The notes under the pieces: generated by a model | Told to the model about the DNA's origin: nothing | Databases searched by the model: none | What the model saw: only the letters and a program-made list of their open reading frames with translations | Part shown: positions 1-8,075 of the stretch, in pieces | How positions within the stretch are numbered: the first letter of the stretch is position 1 | How the letters are laid out: the number at the start of each line of letters is the position of its first letter | Made by a program: the position numbers and the translations under genes | Source of the DNA: Archangium sp. | Lineage (GTDB): Bacteria > Myxococcota > Myxococcia > Myxococcales > Myxococcaceae | Length of the DNA stretch: 30,999 bases | Assembly: GCA_031367385.1 (NCBI GenBank) | Contig: JANLPS010000154.1 | Coordinates: forward strand, 1-30,999 | Direction: 5' to 3'

Positions 1-56
1 TCGAAGTCGCCCGGCAACCCCAGAGGAACTACCGCGAACGAATCCTCGAGCCGCAT
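1..56 (-). CDS. Probable 5' end of a gene running off the left edge (MRLEDSFAVVPLGLPGDF...)
   Basis: ATG at 56-54 on the minus strand, preceded by GGGGAG (RBS-like); open to the window edge; co-oriented with the DUF1552 gene. Confidence 0.35.
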   Translation of the reverse strand, partial: MRLEDSFAVVPLGLPGDF

Positions 57-142
57 ATGAAAGCTCCCCGCAAACCAGAGCTCCCTCTATGATCCTCCCG
101 CGACGCCCGCACAAGCGCCGTCCTAACTGATCGGCATTGCCG

Positions 143-1705
143 CTAGGTCAGCCCGGTCAGCGGCTTGTTCCAATCGGTCATGTCGGCGCCTTGCCACGAC
201 TGCTCGACGCCCTGAATGTCCATCGAGGCGCGCTCGGCGGTGGTGATGCCGTAGGTGTCGAGCACGGTGTACAGCAGCCGGGAGTACGAGATGCCCTGGT
301 AGATGCAGCTCGGCTCTGGCGTTCGCAGCTTCGGCACCGAGAAATCGTAGCTCTTGCCGCCGGTGAACGAGCCCAAGCCGCCGGCCATGATCACCGGCAC
401 TGCCCCGCGCAGGTGGCCATTGGGCCGACCATCGTGCTCGGGCACGACCAGCACCATCGTGTTGTCGAGGTAGGTCGCACCGGTGTTCGGGTCTTCGACG
501 GTATCGAGCTCGGCGATGAAGTCGGCGATCGCGTCGAACACGAAGAGCTGAACCCGTCGAATCATCTCGATCATCGCGTCTGACGGGTTGGCCAGATGCC
601 CTGCGTTGCCGTGGTAGGCCTGCGAGCCGCCGAAGTCGAGACCCTCGGTGATCCACTCGTTTTCGAGGCCGCTGTCGATGACCACCGCCTGCGCTTTGTT
701 CATCTTGATGGCCGCCGCGGCGTTCGCGAATTGACCGCGAAAGAGTGCGCCCTTGGCGGTGTTGAAGGTGTCTACCGTCAGCCCGGGGTTGCCCGAGATC
801 TTCGGCGGCGGCACCGCCAACACCGGGTCTTTGGGCATGGTCATGTTCGCCAGATTGGTGCGCTGCGCTTCGATGATGCTGGCGTGGTTGTCGAGCCGCT
901 GCTTGTCGTACGCCGAGAGCCGCTGGTCGGTCTTGATGGTGCTGATGTTCTGCAGCGTGCGCTCGAGCAAGGCCGTGCGGCGCGCGGTCGGGTCGCGCTT
1001 CTTGGGCCCGGTGACCGGCGGCTTGTAGTCGGCGAAGAGCGTGTCCCACACCTGGAGCGTGTTCTTCAGCGCCGTCGCCATCTCGAAAGTGCCATCGCTC
1101 TTCTTGTGAACCGATGAGCTGCCAGCCTCTTCGGTGAAGCGGGCGTCGTCGACGTTGTCAGGGCACTTGAGCACCAGCGGCAAGCGCCCGTTGAGCTTTC
1201 GGCCAATGACCACGTCGACGGTCTCGCCGGTGAAGGTGACGCTCGCGGGCTCCGCGCAGGCCTGGCACCCATTCTTGTACCCGCCGAGTTGCGCGGTGCT
1301 GGTGTGGCCCTGCACGGTGGCGTTCGAGCAGCTCAGGTTGTTCAAGAACGCGGTCTTCTTCTTGAACGGCTGCCACTTCGCGCTGTGAATGGGGCTGAGC
1401 GCGTTGGTGTACGGCGCCAGGTCGATGGCCGAGCAGCCGGTGCGCTGCTCGAAGGCGACCTCGCGCAGATAGTCGCTCGGCGCTTTGAGCATGTTGCCGG
1501 GCGAAGTCGTCGCGATCGGCATGCCCTTTGCGACGTAGGGCAGCCAGTGCTGCGAAAACACGCCGTGGCCCACGACGATGCAGACGATGCGCTTCGAGAG
1601 CGGTACCGCGCCGTCGGCGAAGGCCCGGTTGCCGAACGCGTCGAGCAACGGGAGGCTGCCCGCCATCAACCCGAAGCGCTTGATCAACTGGCGTCGCGAA
1701 AACAT
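143..1705 (-). CDS. DUF1552-family protein with Tat signal (520 aa)
   Basis: Start reassigned to MFSRRQLIKRFG..AFA (twin-Arg signal). Motifs typical of DUF1552: 'KRIVCIVVGHG', 'TVDVVIGRKL', 'LSAYDKQRLDNH', 'GATYLDNTMVL', 'H..GAVPVIMAGG'. Lies 2 nt downstream of the DUF1592-type gene. Confidence 0.85.
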   Translation of the reverse strand: MFSRRQLIKRFGLMAGSLPLLDAFGNRAFADGAVPLSKRIVCIVVGHGVFSQHWLPYVAKGMPIATTSPGNMLKAPSDYLREVAFEQRTGCSAIDLAPYTNALSPIHSAKWQPFKKKTAFLNNLSCSNATVQGHTSTAQLGGYKNGCQACAEPASVTFTGETVDVVIGRKLNGRLPLVLKCPDNVDDARFTEEAGSSSVHKKSDGTFEMATALKNTLQVWDTLFADYKPPVTGPKKRDPTARRTALLERTLQNISTIKTDQRLSAYDKQRLDNHASIIEAQRTNLANMTMPKDPVLAVPPPKISGNPGLTVDTFNTAKGALFRGQFANAAAAIKMNKAQAVVIDSGLENEWITEGLDFGGSQAYHGNAGHLANPSDAMIEMIRRVQLFVFDAIADFIAELDTVEDPNTGATYLDNTMVLVVPEHDGRPNGHLRGAVPVIMAGGLGSFTGGKSYDFSVPKLRTPEPSCIYQGISYSRLLYTVLDTYGITTAERASMDIQGVEQSWQGADMTDWNKPLTGLT

Positions 1706-1707
1706 GG

Positions 1708-3216
1708 TCAGTCCTTCCACAGTACGAATTCGGGAGAGGTCACCATCGCGGTCATCGCTTCCACGATTGACGCTCCGGCGAAGATCGAGCGGGCGCCTTC
1801 GTCTTCGATGCACCCGTCAGACGCGTCGTTGCGGCCGAGCACCGACCGCGTGTACTGCGCGGCGAAGCAGCTGTCGTACTCGGGCGTCTGTGAAATGAGG
1901 GTCGAGAGGTCGAGCGACCCGGCGGCCGACGCTTCGCGGCCGAGTGGCACCGTCAGGTCGGCGCTGCTGACCACCGGCACCTGGTAGTCGAAGACGCCGC
2001 CGGCGAAGTGCTTCTCGACGCTCACCTCGCGGCCGATGGCGTCGAGGTCGCTGCGCGCGCTGCCCAGCGGGTTGATGGTGGTGTGGCACCCCGCGCAGGC
2101 TGCCGCCGAGGTGACGCTCTTGATTCGGTCGACATTCGAGGCCTTCAGCGCCTCGGCTTGTTTGGCGGCTTCAGTGACGCTGAAGTTGGGAGGGGCGATC
2201 TCTTTGCAGAGGAACTTCTGAACCACCGCCAAGCCGCGAGCGACCACGTGCCAATCATCGGTGCCAGAGGCGACCATGCCGACGCGAGTCAGCACGCCGG
2301 CGCGCGTGGCGGGCAGGGCGGTCGCGCCCTCGGCGGCTCCGTAGATCTGCGCCAGCGATGCGGGGAGCCCGGTCGTGGCCCGAGAGGTCAGCAGCGCGGA
2401 GGGGCCGGCCTGCTGGGCCCACGTCAAGTCGGTGACGAAGGCGTCGAGCTCTTTGGTCGAGGCTGCTTGCACGCCGGTCACGTCGAGACCTTCGAGAAAC
2501 GCGGGGCTGTAGCTGAACGAGCTGCCCTTCGCGTAGCCCAACCACTGTTGGTAGAACGCGAGCGAGCGGGCGTGCGCATCGGGCGTCTGAAGCAGGCGCT
2601 CGACCTCGGCCTTCAAGACCTCGGCGCGCGCAATCGAGCCATCGCGGGCGGCGTTGAAGAGCTGATCATCGGGGCCGTGCCCGGTGAGCGCGAACGAGAC
2701 GCGGCTGGCGATTGAGAACGGCTCGAGCGAGTTGCCCTGGCCGGCCGGCGCGTCGCGCAGGTAGAGAAAATCGGGGTGCATCAACAGGCTCGCGAGCCCT
2801 TGGCGAAACCCCTCTTGCACGCCGTCGCTCTCACCGTTGGCCACTTCGGCTTTGAAGAAGGTGAGCAGGTCGGCGATTTCGGTGCTCGAGACCGAGCGAC
2901 GCAACAACCGCTCACCCTTTGATTTGACGAACGCGGTGAAGCACGACTCGGCGGCGGCGCCGGTGACCGTGCGCGCATTGCAGCCGAAGACCGAGGCAGC
3001 GATGGCATCGGTCGACAAGGCCCACACCGCGACCGAGTCGGCGGTGCCGGCGAGCGAATCGAGCGTGACGCTCGAGACCAAGGAGCCTGCGCTCTCGAAG
3101 GTGAAGGTCTTGTCGGCGACGGGCGACAAGCTGACATTGGCGGCCACGGTGGCGGCGCCGGCACCCAGGGTGCTGGTGAGCTCGGTCAAATACGCCGAGC
3201 GCCACAGCAAACGCAT
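1708..3216 (-). CDS. DUF1592/DUF1588/DUF1595-type multidomain protein with CxxCH; true start probably ~3358 across a frameshift
   Basis: 'LLMHPDFLY', 'IASRVSFALTGHGPDDQLFNAA', 'RAGVLTRVG', 'VARGLAVVQKFLCKEIAPP', 'CAGCHTTINPLG', C-terminal 'MVTSPEF'. Usual partner of DUF1552. Confidence 0.85.
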   Translation of the reverse strand: MRLLWRSAYLTELTSTLGAGAATVAANVSLSPVADKTFTFESAGSLVSSVTLDSLAGTADSVAVWALSTDAIAASVFGCNARTVTGAAAESCFTAFVKSKGERLLRRSVSSTEIADLLTFFKAEVANGESDGVQEGFRQGLASLLMHPDFLYLRDAPAGQGNSLEPFSIASRVSFALTGHGPDDQLFNAARDGSIARAEVLKAEVERLLQTPDAHARSLAFYQQWLGYAKGSSFSYSPAFLEGLDVTGVQAASTKELDAFVTDLTWAQQAGPSALLTSRATTGLPASLAQIYGAAEGATALPATRAGVLTRVGMVASGTDDWHVVARGLAVVQKFLCKEIAPPNFSVTEAAKQAEALKASNVDRIKSVTSAAACAGCHTTINPLGSARSDLDAIGREVSVEKHFAGGVFDYQVPVVSSADLTVPLGREASAAGSLDLSTLISQTPEYDSCFAAQYTRSVLGRNDASDGCIEDEGARSIFAGASIVEAMTAMVTSPEFVLWKD

Positions 3217-3513
3217 CTTCGCGGCTGAGCCAGTACCCGGGGTCTTGCATCGCAGCGCGAGCTGGGGCGAGTCGATGGTTGGCGAGGTGACCGTGCCGCG
3301 AACGTCGATGGCCCCCCATCAGCACCAGCAACGCCATGCGGAGAGTCGTCTTGATCACGCAGGGTGAGTGAAGCCTCACTGGCAGTCGAAAGCTCAGCGA
3401 AATCGAGGTAGGCGAATGACTCACATTTCGAGGCCGCTGACTTCGCGCGCTTGGCGGGTTGTTCTCTGCAGTTCACACCGCAGTTGGGCTCCTTTTCGGT
3501 GCATGCCTCGCCG

Positions 3514-3563
3514 CGCAGGGTCATTTTTTCGGTTGGGCTCGACCGACGACCCTGCGATTTTTT
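3514..3563 (+). other. Long imperfect hairpin followed by a T-tract (terminator-like)
   Basis: CGCAGGGTC (3514-3522) pairs with GACCCTGCG (3548-3556); inner TCGGT/ACCGA pair; followed by ATTTTTT. Confidence 0.35.
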
Positions 3564-3597
3564 CGACCGAATACGCCCGAACCCTCACGCCCCAGCA

Positions 3598-3803
3598 GGC
3601 TGCCGCCAGATCGATGTGATGACCTCGATTTCGGGGGTCGATTCCGCAACCGCGTGTCCGTCGTGGTCCGCCGGCTCCGCATCCCCTTTTTGGGGCTCGC
3701 CCAGCTCCTCGTGAACAAGCGCGCGTCGGGCCGCGACCAAGACTTGATCGATGTCGCGAACCTGCTGGGGCTGCATCGGTCGACGCGAGGCCGGCGCAAA
3801 TGA
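3598..3803 (+). pseudogene. C-terminal relic of a minimal nucleotidyltransferase (DUF6036-like), frameshifted
   Basis: One frame reads 'RQIDVMTSISGVD', another continues 'NRVSVVVRRLRIPFLGLAQLLVNKRASGRDQDLIDVANL'. This matches the 'IDxxTxIxGV...LxxNKxAxGRxxDxxD' C-terminus of the family. No N-terminus found. Confidence 0.65.
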
Positions 3804-3843
3804 TCCGCGTCGGGGCGAAGGTTTCGCTAAGGTGCGCAGCCTC

Positions 3844-5049
3844 ATGACTCGAATCTTCGTCACGCTGGTGGTGCTGTGCTCGAGCGTCGGGTTGGCTCAA
3901 TCGACGCCCGAGATTCAGCCGAAGGTCATCGTCGTGCCGTACCCGAGCGAGGTCGACGCGGGCGCTCCGGTGTCGGCACCTGTTTTCGTTCAGCCCGACG
4001 CGCCGCCGCCGATGCCAGCCGCTGATGCCCCGGTCTCCCAGCCCCCACCCGAGCCGCTGCCCGATCGCACCCTGCAGGCCCTGCCGCCGGTGCCCGACCC
4101 GCAGCCGATCAACCCCGACGCCTTGCCGCAGCCCGCCCAGGGCCCCGGCGCGTTTCTCGACGGTCACCCGCGAGAAGGTGCGTTCTTGTCGGGCCCGGGC
4201 AGCCTGACCTTCATCATGCACCACACCTTGATGACGGGCCTCGGCGTGCTGGCGACACAGATGATCCCCCGCATCGATGACACGTATTGCTACGGGCGCT
4301 CGCCGGGCTGCAAGACCCCCCCCGTCGACTGGACGGATGCGAACTCGCGCGTGGCGTACCTCGCAGGCGCCCTCATCGGTGCCGGCGTCGGCTTCGGCGC
4401 GAGCGCCTTCTGGCAGTTCAACCACTGGATGAGCCACAGCACCGCCAACTTCGGCATCGTCAACTCGTTCTTCGGTGGCGCGTTCGCCGGAGCGGTGGCT
4501 GATCTCATCACCAATCACACCAGCCCGACGGCGATCAGCTGGGTCTCGCTCATCGGAGCGCTCGCCGGGGCCTGGCTCACGCCGATCATCGGTGGCGGCG
4601 ACCTCGCGTTGAACAAGGGCCTGCTGATCACCTCGGGTGGTGGCTGGGCGATGATCTACACCGCGTTGGTGCTGGCGATCATCGGCACCACCGGCGGCGG
4701 CTCGAACCTGCGCACCGGCCTCGACGTGCTGATGATCATGCCGGCGATTGGCGCGGCAGCCCTCGCCTTGGCGACCCTGCGCTTCAACCCCTCGACCACG
4801 CAGATCATGCGCGCCAACCTCTTCGGCCTCGGCGCAGGCGCCGCGGTGCTGCTGATCTCCGCGCTGGTGCTGGGCGCGAATTTTTTGAGCCCGATACCCT
4901 ACATTCTCGCGGCGGTTGCGGCGATTGGCGCCAAGGTCACGGTGAGCTTGCTGTGGGCTGAAGCCGCCGAGAACCCGACGCCGCGACGGCCAGACGCTTT
5001 CGTCGCCACGAGCGAGACCGAGAAGCGCGCCCGCATCTTGTACTGGTGA
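3844..5049 (+). CDS. Hypothetical multi-pass membrane protein with signal peptide and Pro-rich linker (401 aa)
   Basis: MTRIFVTLVVLCSSVGLAQ signal, ~80-aa Pro-rich segment, then roughly 8-10 Gly/Ala-rich hydrophobic helices. Confidence 0.8.
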   Translation: MTRIFVTLVVLCSSVGLAQSTPEIQPKVIVVPYPSEVDAGAPVSAPVFVQPDAPPPMPAADAPVSQPPPEPLPDRTLQALPPVPDPQPINPDALPQPAQGPGAFLDGHPREGAFLSGPGSLTFIMHHTLMTGLGVLATQMIPRIDDTYCYGRSPGCKTPPVDWTDANSRVAYLAGALIGAGVGFGASAFWQFNHWMSHSTANFGIVNSFFGGAFAGAVADLITNHTSPTAISWVSLIGALAGAWLTPIIGGGDLALNKGLLITSGGGWAMIYTALVLAIIGTTGGGSNLRTGLDVLMIMPAIGAAALALATLRFNPSTTQIMRANLFGLGAGAAVLLISALVLGANFLSPIPYILAAVAAIGAKVTVSLLWAEAAENPTPRRPDAFVATSETEKRARILYW

Positions 5050-5067
5050 GCTCTTCAAAAACCGCAC

Positions 5068-5427
5068 ATGCCGAGACGCGCGAAACCCAGCAAGCCGCCG
5101 AAGACCTTGAGCTACAAGGTCATCGAGCTCTCGAACGTCGACGAGGCCGCGCTCGAGGCCACGGTCAACGAATGGGTCAGCGCCGGCTGGGCCTTCGACG
5201 GCGTGCAGTTCGCTATGCGCGAGTCGTCGAAGCGGCCCGCAATGGCCTTCGTTTTTTTCACCCGGCTCGGCGAGGTCGAGCGGTTTCGCACCCAGGCCAC
5301 CGCCGAGGCCCACCTGAAGCGGCTGGTGCTGGGCGATGAAGCCAAGGGCCTCAAGCAACGCTCCGCCGCAGACGCCTATGCTCGGCTCGCACAGCTGGCG
5401 AACGATTCGGGAGACGACGAGTCATGA
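5068..5427 (+). CDS. DUF4177-domain protein
   Basis: 'YKVIEL...LEATVNEWVSAGW...FVFFTR' pattern; overlaps the next start (ATGA). Confidence 0.75.
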   Translation: MPRRAKPSKPPKTLSYKVIELSNVDEAALEATVNEWVSAGWAFDGVQFAMRESSKRPAMAFVFFTRLGEVERFRTQATAEAHLKRLVLGDEAKGLKQRSAADAYARLAQLANDSGDDES

Positions 5428-6005
5428 CCGAAGGCCCTGATCACCTGCGCGTCGTACGCGAAGACGAAGGCCCTCGCCTGCCCAAGGCGTCGCTGCTGCT
5501 GCGCGCCGGAGCCCGCCTGGTCGACCTCTCCATCGCCTGGGTGTTGTTCAAATCAACCGGCCCCGCAGGCCTGGTGATCGCGCTTTTGTACCTGGTCTTC
5601 GCCGACGGCATGCTGCAGGGCCAGAGCCCCGGCAAGAAGCTGTTCGGCGTGAAGGTCGTGTACCTGCCGACGCGCTCAGGCGCTCGCCACCGCGACAGCA
5701 TGGTGCGCAACGCGCCGCTGGGCCTGGTGATCATTCTGAGCATGATGCCCGAGCTTGGGCAGATCGCCTTCATCGGAGGCATCGTGATCATCGGCGGCAT
5801 CGAAGCGGTGCGCTGCTGGCGCGACCCCGATGGGTTGCGGCTGGGCGATCTCTGGGCGCAGACCCAGGTCACTGACGGCAAAGTCACCACGGGCGCGCAG
5901 CAACGGGCTGTGCCTGCTCAAACCGAAGAAGCCCGAGCTGGGGCCCGCTTCAAACAACTCACTCCGCGCAGCAGCCTGCCGCGCGACGGCGAAACGAACC
6001 GGTAG
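5424..6005 (+). CDS. RDD-family membrane protein
   Basis: 'LLRAGARLVD', 'GQSPGKKLFGVKVV', 'RN', 'GLRLGDLWAQTQV'. Confidence 0.9.
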   Translation: MTEGPDHLRVVREDEGPRLPKASLLLRAGARLVDLSIAWVLFKSTGPAGLVIALLYLVFADGMLQGQSPGKKLFGVKVVYLPTRSGARHRDSMVRNAPLGLVIILSMMPELGQIAFIGGIVIIGGIEAVRCWRDPDGLRLGDLWAQTQVTDGKVTTGAQQRAVPAQTEEARAGARFKQLTPRSSLPRDGETNR

Positions 6006-6008
6006 ACC

Positions 6009-8072
6009 ATGCGCATCGCGCTGACTCACAACTTGCGGCTCTCTGATGCTGAAGAAGAGGCCGAATTCGACACCGAAGAGACCGTCACCGCGCTGGCCGC
6101 GGCGATCGAGCGGTTGGGCCACCGCGTCGAGAAGATGGAGGTCTCGGGCCCCGCCTCTCGCCTGGTGACCCGCCTCGAGGCGTTCTCACCTGACCTCATC
6201 TTCAACACCGCCGAGGGGCGTCGCGGCCGCTTTCGCGAGGCCTTTTTCCCCGCGTTGTTCGAGGAGCTGGGCTTCGCCTACACCGGCTCAGACGCGTACG
6301 CGCTGGCGGTGACGCTCGACAAACAGCTCACCAAGCTCGTGCTGCGCGAGCACGGCATTCGTACGCCGGGGTGGCAGTTCATCGAGAAGATCAGCGACTT
6401 GAAGGCCGAGGAGCTCCACTTTCCCGTCATCGTGAAGCCGAACTTCGAGGGCAGCTCGAAGGGCATCACCCAGGAGTCGATCGCCGAGAACGTCGAGGGG
6501 CTGCGTAAAAAAGTCATCGACGGCCTCGACAAGTACCCAGCCGGGTTGCTGGTCGAAGAGTTCATCGTCGGCAAAGACCTGACCGTGCCGCTGCTCGAGA
6601 GCGTCGACAACGACTTCAACGGCGTGCTGACCCCGGTCGAGTACCAGGTCGCGCCGGCGTATTCGAAAGACAAGAAGTACGCGATCTACGACTACGACTT
6701 GAAGACCAAGGCCTACGAGTCGGTGTCGGTGAAGGCTCCGGCGGCGTTGACGCAAGAGATGAGCGACCGCATTCGCAAGCTGGCCCGCACCATCTTCGAG
6801 AAGCTCGATTGCCGCGACCTGGGCCGCATCGACTTTCGGCTCTCAGACGCCGGGGTGCCGTATTTTCTCGAGATGAACGCGTTGCCGTCGCTCGAACCGG
6901 GCGCCGGTATCTTCGCGGCCGCCGAGCTCGAGGGCTTGCACTTCGACGCGGTGATCAACGCGGTGATCGCCAGCGCGGCCAAGCGGCAAAAGGTCAAAGA
7001 ACGCCCCCGCGGCTCGTCACGCCCGGCGCGAAAAGGCCCGCTCAAGGTCGGGTTCACCTTCAACGTGAAGCGCATCAAGCCGACCGCCGACGGCAAGAAA
7101 GATCACGAGGCCGAGTACGACTCGCCCTCGACGTTGCAGGCGATTCGCGAGGCGATCGCGTCGCACGGTCACGAGGTCATCGACTTCGAGGCCACGCCCG
7201 ATTTGCCGATGTTGTTGGCCGCGACTCCGGTCGACGTGGTGTTCAACATCGCCGAAGGGTTTCGCGGCCGAAACCGCGAGAGCCAGGTGCCCGCGTTGCT
7301 CGAGCTGCTCGACATACCCTACACCGGGTCTGACCCCGCCACGCTCAGCCTGGCGCTCGACAAGGCGTTGGCCAAGCGCGTCGTTCGCGCCGCTGGCGTC
7401 GACACGCCCGATTTTCAGTTGATGAACACCGGCCGCGAGCGCCTCGACAAGCAGTTCACCACCTGGCCGCTGATGGTGAAGCCGGTCGCCGAGGGCTCGA
7501 GCAAGGGCGTCATCGGCAAGAGCGTGTGCCACACCGAGGCTGAGCTGCGCGAGGTGGTCAAAGAGCTGGTCGACCGCTACGACCAACCCGCGTTGATCGA
7601 AGAGTACATCGGTGGCCGTGAGTTCACGGTGGGGTTGCTGGGCGAGCGCCGGCCCAAGGTGCTGCCTCCGATGGAGATCGTCTTCACCGACAAGGCCGAC
7701 AAGAACCCCATCTACAAATTCGAAGACAAGCTCGAGGTGAATGATCGCATTCGCTACGAGGTGCCGGCCAACCTCGAGCCCGCGCAGCTCGAGCGGCTCA
7801 AGGGCGCCGCCCGCGGAGCCTTCATGTCACTGGGCTGCCGCGACGTGGCCCGGGTCGACTTTCGGATGGATGCGCTGGGTCGCATCTACTTTCTCGAGTG
7901 CAACCCGCTACCGGGGCTGACCCCGGGGTGGAGTGACCTGGTGCTGATCGCCGCCGGCGAGAACATGGATTATCGCACCCTGATTGGTGAAATTCTCTCG
8001 GGTGCGATTCGCCGCTATCGAGAGCGTCGTGCCGCCCGCAACGATCGCGATGTGAAGGCCGACGTCGCGTAA
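6009..8072 (+). CDS. Tandem (two-domain) D-Ala-D-Ala-ligase-like ATP-grasp protein (687 aa)
   Basis: Two complete repeats, each with FNxAEG, YTGS, DK, VKP..EGSSKG, EE(F/Y)I.G, CRD..R.DFR and YFLExNxLP motifs. Confidence 0.9.
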   Translation: MRIALTHNLRLSDAEEEAEFDTEETVTALAAAIERLGHRVEKMEVSGPASRLVTRLEAFSPDLIFNTAEGRRGRFREAFFPALFEELGFAYTGSDAYALAVTLDKQLTKLVLREHGIRTPGWQFIEKISDLKAEELHFPVIVKPNFEGSSKGITQESIAENVEGLRKKVIDGLDKYPAGLLVEEFIVGKDLTVPLLESVDNDFNGVLTPVEYQVAPAYSKDKKYAIYDYDLKTKAYESVSVKAPAALTQEMSDRIRKLARTIFEKLDCRDLGRIDFRLSDAGVPYFLEMNALPSLEPGAGIFAAAELEGLHFDAVINAVIASAAKRQKVKERPRGSSRPARKGPLKVGFTFNVKRIKPTADGKKDHEAEYDSPSTLQAIREAIASHGHEVIDFEATPDLPMLLAATPVDVVFNIAEGFRGRNRESQVPALLELLDIPYTGSDPATLSLALDKALAKRVVRAAGVDTPDFQLMNTGRERLDKQFTTWPLMVKPVAEGSSKGVIGKSVCHTEAELREVVKELVDRYDQPALIEEYIGGREFTVGLLGERRPKVLPPMEIVFTDKADKNPIYKFEDKLEVNDRIRYEVPANLEPAQLERLKGAARGAFMSLGCRDVARVDFRMDALGRIYFLECNPLPGLTPGWSDLVLIAAGENMDYRTLIGEILSGAIRRYRERRAARNDRDVKADVA

Positions 8073-8075
8073 GGG

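Noticed and set aside
3421..5358. 645-aa minus-strand ORF (also 11227-12936, 27184-28497, 29777-30862, 28667-29629, 25523-26629 and similar)
   Set aside because: Antisense or off-frame shadows of well-supported genes; Arg/Gly-rich with no motifs; expected in high-GC DNA
6009..8072. Calling this ddl or a van-type resistance ligase
   Set aside because: Lacks the canonical N-terminal Ddl motif, is duplicated, and has no mur or vanH/vanX context
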